Positions 58,801 through 64,000 of a DNA stretch of 64,000 nt are shown here, piece after piece (the first letter of the stretch is position 1; each line of letters starts with the position of its first letter). The notes beneath the pieces are model-generated. The model was not told where the DNA came from. It ran no database searches and saw only the letters and a program-made list of their open reading frames with translations. A program made the position numbers and the translations under genes. The DNA is from a virus, in the IMG/VR virus record IMGVR_UViG_3300025674_000028, positions 9,230 through 73,229 of that record; one strand, 5' to 3'.

Positions 58801-59419
58801 GGGCAAACTCCCGCCAGTCCACCGACTGATATCGTGAGGGTAAAGACAAAAGGTCGTCGATCTGGGTTTCTAATGCTCGGATGTCGTCTCGAAAGTTTGA
58901 AAGGGCTTGAGGTGACGGCAGGCTTGCCGCGAGGGTATCGGGCAGCGCCTTGAGCTCCGCCAAGTACTGGGCAGCGAGCCTTGCCTGATTTAGGATTCCA
59001 GTATGCACTTCCTCTGTGACAGACGAGCGTGCAAAACGGCCTTGCCTGACTAAATCTTGAAGCGCGGTCAGACGGGACAAGTCAATTTCTTCTCTGAGCG
59101 ACAAGCTGCTGGGTGACCATCTGAGCAAGCCGTTTTTACCGTCAAACAGCGCGTCTGTCTTTTCTATCGCCTGTGCAACCGCTGAGCGCACCTTCTGAAT
59201 ACGAAGGCTCGCAGCTTCGTAGTATGCCTCTGGCTCTAATGCCATCAGTCCTGCGATAAAACCCATTTCGCGCGCGATGGTCGGGTTACCCACTGCCGCA
59301 TCTGCCATTTGTGCGCCCAGTGCGATAAGCTCGTTGTGCTGCGCTCCGACATATACTTGTGCGCGGTCACGCAATATTTTACTGGCTAGAGTAAAAGCGT
59401 CTTGACGGTCGTCGCTCAC
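55850..59419 (-). CDS. Large putative tail/baseplate protein
   Basis: 1189 aa; helical ends and beta-rich middle; within the baseplate operon. Confidence 0.55.
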   Translation of the reverse strand: MSDDRQDAFTLASKILRDRAQVYVGAQHNELIALGAQMADAAVGNPTIAREMGFIAGLMALEPEAYYEAASLRIQKVRSAVAQAIEKTDALFDGKNGLLRWSPSSLSLREEIDLSRLTALQDLVRQGRFARSSVTEEVHTGILNQARLAAQYLAELKALPDTLAASLPSPQALSNFRDDIRALETQIDDLLSLPSRYQSVDWREFALRRMLESFDADLSLDIEGIRKLGPNDGPVDETLIHTVLAIEIMDRLLSVVTPFGELRSPDVSIRSKPDAKTLDVRLRPIPEKIKGRRTFPARLSVDGDKQYLETCIRSDGGWDHPTWFEQGVSITPSQFKAGWVDVVQVNPVNKVLVETASATPLHQIDGTDLPVYVMHHNVIDQLTPSNHSLYYATAYKTVGTYNVLIEEPSVPPSIGDYVVWGADGSDRLLIANVAPIPIEFTNVPGVYRLLEIQSDLYPNRTAMGGWLEGLANSATPPVATPQLNVWQAVDFGFPLTSFDYVNPATSGIRVNLRLNAPYDSYYSPLFSSAYDRQVSALGTDGVVTSASLSSTIPSTDPYGGRAWSGSAVLYRDRVAAGVTDTVVLDMPVSASYANSLTSALAQRPLRLVDRSGVNPPISVRALESGIRTGHTLEAASADFVSDGDFYVILDTNIDSTVDWTLQMQAGSIQDPDACTTLEVSALSPWRGFTNLALDIAPGDRITLSDGRRITVWATNGHIAYIVPAITLADGETVEGHRTRHSGRGDRFVLLSDTEAETGTWKFESVEFIGGSAYLKVKPLTGIGVDLVDGVYYRGPVALCSDSATTRRFEVVESDSEDLVDLDAIERRFRYQLAKSITQDPGSVIPVRWFLRAGGRVHSASMVGLYNIITTSLNRPLPSSPIDAQFAVRIRSDGYDGLLNLRELWVGLDGDPLGEFPAGGSLVYDIIKKVRIGIPALLLPATTGEVSVRTSTQLRGSVRGPLTTGGSPSYPPYALMEYRLERRITPDLNELFDEIGRARATLGRPRRALASQAGLTLTVNSDRRGGTLTVVGTPGVSRLEGCDVVFSVGDEPDPPIRIQTATIDDDAAPTVVTVTFSRPVPTSLSGTVTLFESVLSNAWREVRSLYRYLESLDQYLGYPVAPSRNRIVDAASRLKSQGHDKAADALLESEFEDWIDPGWLSQGATDLMDRVDDLMSSLSRRRVSPIEGGQ

Positions 59420-60384
59420 GGCTCACCTGCTTGCTTCTTTGGGACGTGCTTGGCTCTACATGAACGACAATATGACTGCCTGCGGTAAACAGTATTTCCG
59501 CTGACCACCTTTGTTCGTCTGAAACCAAACAACTCGCTGACCTGCACGACTCCTTTGGCCTTTACGCCACACGTCGGGCAGTGTCCTGTTGTCACTCGAA
59601 TTCCATTGATGCGGACATCGAGCAAATGGTCAACCGTCTCAGCGTCCAGCGGCTTAATTTCTTCAACATGCCGTTCATGTCTCGCTGTAGGAGTTTCATC
59701 AGGACGTACTAAGTGTAACCACATGCGTGCCGCGCGAGCGTCAACGCCACATATCTCACAACAACTCTCAAAGGTCATGTAGGATTGGTTGCCGATAACC
59801 TCGAAGGGTGCAGTGCCAGGGCCTTGCGGATAGTAAGGGACATCTGATGCAGTCGGCCTGATGAGACGTTCTGCACTTATATCGACCTCTTCATACAGAC
59901 TTGAGGGCGTCGTTGACCACTTGCTGACTTCCCCGCATATGATGCCAGGGATTCCGTCGTCGGGATTGTCGAGAACCTTTTGTGTGAGTAGAAACGGGTG
60001 ATTGTTGATCCACCAGTAAGCGTTGATGGCCTGACGCTGATCTCCGCTTAAAGGAGACACCACACCGCAGGCGTAGTCTAAGAACGCCCGCCGTATGACT
60101 CCGGCGTAAAGACCTCGTTCGCTGTACTCAGTTTCTACCGACGGCTCTGCCCAGGCTTGAAAGGGCCTTGGCTTGCTGAAGATGTACGCAATGCGTTCCT
60201 CGCGCTTGAGGGCCCGCACGTCTTTTACGCTTTGAGAACGAGACGGTAAGACAGGGGGAGGCTTGTACGATGGACGCCCAAGTAGTACAGACCAACGAGC
60301 CGTAATGTCGCCCAGAACTTGATTGATCTGAGATGCGTTCCAGTACCAAGTCGGATTTCTGCCTATCCATCGAGTCCTGTTCAC
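59416..60384 (-). CDS. Hypothetical protein with C-terminal zinc finger
   Basis: CPTCG...LFGFR...QSYCRSCR, plus AGVIRRAFLDY...TFESCCEICGVD; start codon uncertain. Confidence 0.65.
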   Translation of the reverse strand: MNRTRWIGRNPTWYWNASQINQVLGDITARWSVLLGRPSYKPPPVLPSRSQSVKDVRALKREERIAYIFSKPRPFQAWAEPSVETEYSERGLYAGVIRRAFLDYACGVVSPLSGDQRQAINAYWWINNHPFLLTQKVLDNPDDGIPGIICGEVSKWSTTPSSLYEEVDISAERLIRPTASDVPYYPQGPGTAPFEVIGNQSYMTFESCCEICGVDARAARMWLHLVRPDETPTARHERHVEEIKPLDAETVDHLLDVRINGIRVTTGHCPTCGVKAKGVVQVSELFGFRRTKVVSGNTVYRRQSYCRSCRAKHVPKKQAGEP

Positions 60385-60465
60385 CGCATCTTCTCTACAA
60401 CTTGGCGCTGCCTACTGGCGGATAGGCTTTGTCTTTATCATGTCTTGCCGGAATCTTAATCTACG

Positions 60466-61155
60466 TCAAACAAACCTGACCGCCAAATCAACGGGCAGAG
60501 TAATATCGAAATCTGACTCAGGAATCAGGATGACAGGCAATGCGCTGTCATCAATCTCAAAGGGGTCGTCGACATTCTGAGTCACGACCGTCACATCGCC
60601 AGGGTTTGGCTGTGTGATGGCCAGAGCCTGCCCTTCGACCACGGTGTAGCCGGGGTTTGGAGTCGCTGAGAGTGCGTCGGAGGTGAAGGCCGTGACACGT
60701 CCATCGCTGTACTTTACGCGAAGGGCAATGTTAATCGTCTCACCTGCGTTGAGCTCGACGTGCAACATGCCGCCATCGTGGTGATATGACAAGTCAGGGT
60801 AGGTGACCGTCCCATCAACTCCGACAGACAATTCACTCCAGTCAATCTCTGAGGGTCGTGGGTAGAGATAGTCTGCCAGCCTCCCATGAGTTTCTGTCGG
60901 CACCAGCATGCGTACAGGGTCGTCCTCGCCGGGCAGGAAAACATCAAAGCAGACGCCCTGCATTAAGTTAATGACAAAGGTGCCGTCCTTAGCAGTGTAG
61001 GCTGAAATGGCATGAGGGCCTGGTGCCAGCTTATTCTGAAATAACACACCGCCAGAGCCGGGCACCCCAATGTATTCCGCGCGCAAGTGCGCAAAAGACA
61101 GTGCTGTGCCGTCCAGATTTATAAGTGTGCCGCTTAATGCGCAGGTCGTTCCCAT
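60466..61155 (-). CDS. Ig-like / beta-sandwich virion protein
   Basis: CALSGTLINLDG...YTAKDGTFVINL pattern; GGAGG SD. Confidence 0.55.
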   Translation of the reverse strand: MGTTCALSGTLINLDGTALSFAHLRAEYIGVPGSGGVLFQNKLAPGPHAISAYTAKDGTFVINLMQGVCFDVFLPGEDDPVRMLVPTETHGRLADYLYPRPSEIDWSELSVGVDGTVTYPDLSYHHDGGMLHVELNAGETINIALRVKYSDGRVTAFTSDALSATPNPGYTVVEGQALAITQPNPGDVTVVTQNVDDPFEIDDSALPVILIPESDFDITLPVDLAVRFV

Positions 61156-61859
61156 CAGCTGCCTCCAATGAGGTCGTATGGTGCGCTGCTGCGGTTGGCG
61201 TCAATCAGCGTTGTGACCTCTGCGTCCAATCCAGCGGCAGGCGTTGTAAAGTAGGGCTGCCCAGCGATGTTAGGCATATCGACTCGGTACAATGACTCAG
61301 GAGTCAGCAATGCCTCCCACCTGCCATTGCGGTCGATGGCGTAATTCAATGCCTCGCGAGTGTGCAGCGTTGCAGCTTCACCTGGGATGTCGGCTGAGAT
61401 GCGCCACACGCGTACAGTACGATCATACTCAGTGTTCGTCCCAAACTGCGTCTTCTCAACCACCCCAAAGCCCGCAGCCCTACGGTTGACAGTGCCTCCA
61501 GGGACATCTAGTCCAACCCAACCATAAACCCTGCAAAACCCTGCTGAACTTTGCTCTGTCGCAGTAGAGGCCCCGGTGGCAACCAAATCAATGACACGAG
61601 GTGTCAGCGCGGTCGGACCATCATCTGCGTTGACAGTGATTGTCGTCGGGAACGCAAAAACATGCCCATCTGCCCGTGCCCACAACGTGTATGTTCCGGG
61701 CTCTAAGCTAATCACAGTGATTTCAAGATGGTTGACCAGAGCGCCAAACGCCTCAGTCAGCAAAATCTGGTTTTGATCGTCGATGACCGTCACGACGACC
61801 TTGCCAATGTCACTGTTGGTTGCGGTCTTAGGTGCAAATGAGATGTATTCGGCCATCAC
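61155..61859 (-). CDS. Ig-like / beta-sandwich virion protein
   Basis: LEPGTYTLWARADG and CRVYG...DRNGRWEALL; resembles the downstream neighbour. Confidence 0.55.
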   Translation of the reverse strand: MMAEYISFAPKTATNSDIGKVVVTVIDDQNQILLTEAFGALVNHLEITVISLEPGTYTLWARADGHVFAFPTTITVNADDGPTALTPRVIDLVATGASTATEQSSAGFCRVYGWVGLDVPGGTVNRRAAGFGVVEKTQFGTNTEYDRTVRVWRISADIPGEAATLHTREALNYAIDRNGRWEALLTPESLYRVDMPNIAGQPYFTTPAAGLDAEVTTLIDANRSSAPYDLIGGS

Positions 61860-62080
61860 AGCCCCCTGAGTAAATCCTGCGTCCGTCGAAATGCACCTGT
61901 CACGATACTTGGGTTTGCGCTCGGGCGGCTATGGCCAAAGAAAGTGTGCAGACTACCAAGCAGCCTCGCGTCCAACTCAAGGCGTTTTTGATACCGCTCA
62001 GACTCCTTCCTTAACTCGTCGAGCAGCTGCACGACCTCTTCGCGGCGCAACTCAATCTGCCGAACAGGGACTTTGGTCAT
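61856..62080 (-). CDS. Small helical protein
   Basis: 74 aa, tightly coupled between the sigma gene and the next gene. Confidence 0.6.
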   Translation of the reverse strand: MTKVPVRQIELRREEVVQLLDELRKESERYQKRLELDARLLGSLHTFFGHSRPSANPSIVTGAFRRTQDLLRGL

Positions 62081-62081
62081 G

Positions 62082-63134
62082 TCAAAAACCCAGGATGCGC
62101 AGCTCGTCTTGAATGTCTTGACGAAGCTGACGTTTGATCACGCTCATCTGAGATTCGGTCACGTTGAACTTCTTTGCGAGTTTTGCATTGGACGCAATGT
62201 GCTCCGCACCGTCTAGGCCGAAGATGTGGTTAATGACCTTGGTCTTCTTTGGGCCCTGGTAGTCACGCACTCTGCGGATTGCCATCATGGTGCTGCGTTC
62301 AATATCGACATCATGCTCAGCGTCAAGCTTCTTGCTACCAAGCAAGTCGCCCCGGCTTTCCTGAAGAATGAGCTTGATGTCTTTCACAGTCATCTCGCCA
62401 GGCATCATCTTTTTCTGGATGTCTTCCGCAGAGGGGACGTAGCCTTTCTCGTACTCGATTTGTTTTGCTACCTGAAGGGTTCGTTCAGTTTTCGCAGCAC
62501 GAGTACGTTCTGGCCTGCCAAACTGCGCCATCTGTCGCATATCTCTGTTGATGTTCTGTTTGTAGTTGCTTTTGTAGAAAGTCCTGATGTTCGCTTTCTT
62601 CTCTGGATTCCAGTTGTCGATGGCCTTTTTGAAGTTGTTGTACACGACGCCCTCAATGGCAGGCTTAGGCAATCTGTACTGCACATTGAGGCCATAGACT
62701 TGCTGGCTCAGGAAGTTCTTGTTGCGAGCATACAGCGACTCCAGAGCGTCCATGTCGTTAGACTTCTGGTAGCGATTTAGCAGGTCTGTTTCAGTTTCGT
62801 TTTCACTGGCTGAATCATTCCATGTGACGGGCCGAGAGACGAATTGAAACGAACTGGGGTTGACCAGTGCGCTGTCTGCTGGCCTATCAAAGTCTCTGTC
62901 GCTGTCACCGAACTCTACAGCCGGCAGCTGGGGCGCGTCGATGATCGTAAATTCGTGGTCATCGTCTTCGTCATCTTCTGCGTCTTGCGCCGCCCGGCCA
63001 AAGAAGTTTAAGAACGTCTTGCGAGGCGCGGACACCTTTGCATGTCCAAAGGGCTGTATTGAACGCACTTCCCCCCGCATCTCGTCTTCAAGCTCTGACA
63101 GCTTTGCAAACGCATCTTGGAGGTTGAAGGTCAC
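62082..63134 (-). CDS. Sigma70-family RNA polymerase sigma factor with acidic N-terminal extension
   Basis: Region 2-like KAIDNWNPEKKANIRTF, region 3-like GYVPSAEDIQ, region 4 HTH-like IFGLDG...SNAKLAKKFNVTESQMSVIK; TAAGGAG SD and GTG start. Confidence 0.85.
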   Translation of the reverse strand: MTFNLQDAFAKLSELEDEMRGEVRSIQPFGHAKVSAPRKTFLNFFGRAAQDAEDDEDDDHEFTIIDAPQLPAVEFGDSDRDFDRPADSALVNPSSFQFVSRPVTWNDSASENETETDLLNRYQKSNDMDALESLYARNKNFLSQQVYGLNVQYRLPKPAIEGVVYNNFKKAIDNWNPEKKANIRTFYKSNYKQNINRDMRQMAQFGRPERTRAAKTERTLQVAKQIEYEKGYVPSAEDIQKKMMPGEMTVKDIKLILQESRGDLLGSKKLDAEHDVDIERSTMMAIRRVRDYQGPKKTKVINHIFGLDGAEHIASNAKLAKKFNVTESQMSVIKRQLRQDIQDELRILGF

Positions 63135-63145
63135 GCCGGGACTCC

Positions 63146-64000
63146 TTATGTCGTAGTGACAGTGATAGGCGCGCTATTGCCTCCGCCGCCGCCAAATATT
63201 TGACCGCCAAGGTAAGCAGCAGACGCCATGCCGGCTGCACCGAGCAGGGGGTTCTCTTTCATGTAATCCAGGACGCCTTGAGCAGTGAACTGTCCGTTGC
63301 CTGGACTTGTCTGCTGATTAGCCACTCGCGCCGCTTGCTGAGGGCTAACATGCTGTATGGGATTTGCAGCCGTCGGCGCCTGTAGGCGTTGGTTTACCCT
63401 TCTTCGAAGCGCATTTGTAGCACCACCTTCCCTTATGAACCTAAAAGGATTGACGAAATACTGTGACCCAAAGAGACCTCGAGCGCCACCGCCCAGAATT
63501 CCGAAAGTCGACGGGCCAGCAGCATATTGTCCGACTAATTCATCTCTAAACTGTCTCAGGGCATAGGCTATTTCGGGCTCACTTAAATTGCCCCGTGCAA
63601 GAAGGTTGCGCTCTGCATTCGCAATTTCAAGACGCAATAACTGATGGTGTTCCCGGGCTAGTGGAGTTTGAGCTGCGAAAGGAAGGTTGTAAGCGTCAGG
63701 CGCAACCGATTGTGCTGGCGCACCTGGCATAGTTTGCTGATTTGGCACTACACGCGTCGTGGTAGTCGTGTTGCCCTGTACGACCTGCTGCGTATTCGTG
63801 CCCGTCGTGTTGCCCTGTACGACCTGCTGCGTATTCGTGCCCGTCGTGTTGCCCTGTACGACCTGCTGCGTATTCGTGCCCGTTGCCCTTGACTGCGCAC
63901 CTGTTGGCGTCGCCTGCAGCTGCTGACCCGTTGCCCTTGGCTGCGCACCTGTTGGCGTCGCCTGCAGCTGCTGACCCGTTGCCCTTGGCTGCGCACCTGT
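63146..64000 (-). CDS. Gln/Thr/Gly-rich repeat protein with C-terminal hydrophobic helix (5' end outside the window)
   Basis: The frame of 63146..63748 stays open through the repeats to the edge (...TGAQPRATGQQLQATP...TGTNTQQVVQGNT...VVPNQQTM). Confidence 0.75.
   Translation of the reverse strand, partial: TGAQPRATGQQLQATPTGAQPRATGQQLQATPTGAQSRATGTNTQQVVQGNTTGTNTQQVVQGNTTGTNTQQVVQGNTTTTTRVVPNQQTMPGAPAQSVAPDAYNLPFAAQTPLAREHHQLLRLEIANAERNLLARGNLSEPEIAYALRQFRDELVGQYAAGPSTFGILGGGARGLFGSQYFVNPFRFIREGGATNALRRRVNQRLQAPTAANPIQHVSPQQAARVANQQTSPGNGQFTAQGVLDYMKENPLLGAAGMASAAYLGGQIFGGGGGNSAPITVTTT
63765..63881. repeat. 39-bp perfect tandem repeat x3
   Basis: gtcgtgttgccctgtacgacctgctgcgtattcgtgccc at 63765, 63804 and 63843. 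Confidence 0.95.
63882..64000. repeat. 48-bp tandem repeat, at least 2.5 copies, runs off the edge
   Basis: gttgcccttg(a/g)ctgcgcacctgttggcgtcgcctgcagctgctgaccc at 63882, 63930 and 63978. Confidence 0.95.

Noticed and set aside
63145-63153. Minus-strand CGACATAAG upstream of the sigma gene
   Set aside because: One mismatch; explained by a stop codon plus the TAAGGAG Shine-Dalgarno, and too close to the start codon
63748-63996. Arg-rich ORF MRSQGQRVSS... from the ORF track
   Set aside because: Alternative frame of the repeats; the frame continuous with 63146..63748 is open to the edge and more plausible
63765-64000. Repeats as a CRISPR array
   Set aside because: Units are head-to-tail with no unique spacers, are multiples of 3, and lie in an open reading frame
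1-64000. Alternative genetic code, tRNA genes or rRNA genes
   Set aside because: Long genes are intact in the standard code and all three stop codons are used at gene ends. No tRNA or rRNA was recognised by eye; a tRNAscan-SE run would be needed to exclude tRNAs.

Overview
This window is a gene-dense fragment of a large tailed phage with a contractile tail (myovirus-like). The minus strand (1-25863 and 40689-64000) carries the virion genes: terminase large subunit (running off the left edge and absent from the ORF track), portal, probable internal head proteins, baseplate spike, baseplate J-like and gp25-like proteins, a tail fibre and spanin-like membrane proteins. Embedded among them are a 2212-aa single-chain beta-beta' RNA polymerase and a sigma70-family factor. 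The plus strand (26012-40711, plus one isolated gene at 1446-1985) carries the replication genes: UDG-like protein, SF4 helicase, DnaG-like primase, family A DNA polymerase, Cas4-like nuclease and a UvsY-like protein. Three sequence signals suggest one integrated system. (1) A non-host-like motif, Y-GGACATAAG-N5-YG, occurs five times, always on the plus strand and upstream of plus-strand genes; it is a candidate phage promoter. (2) A K-x-S tripeptide is strongly enriched in putative head proteins and also ends the N-terminal leaders of the RNAP, the sigma factor and a family of glycine-zipper precursors; it also sits at the beta/beta' junction. (3) The terminase and the isolated plus-strand gene share overlapping start codons in a palindrome. 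My inference is a virion-packaged, protease-matured RNAP plus sigma holoenzyme that transcribes early genes. All assignments come from reading motifs by eye; no database searches were run.
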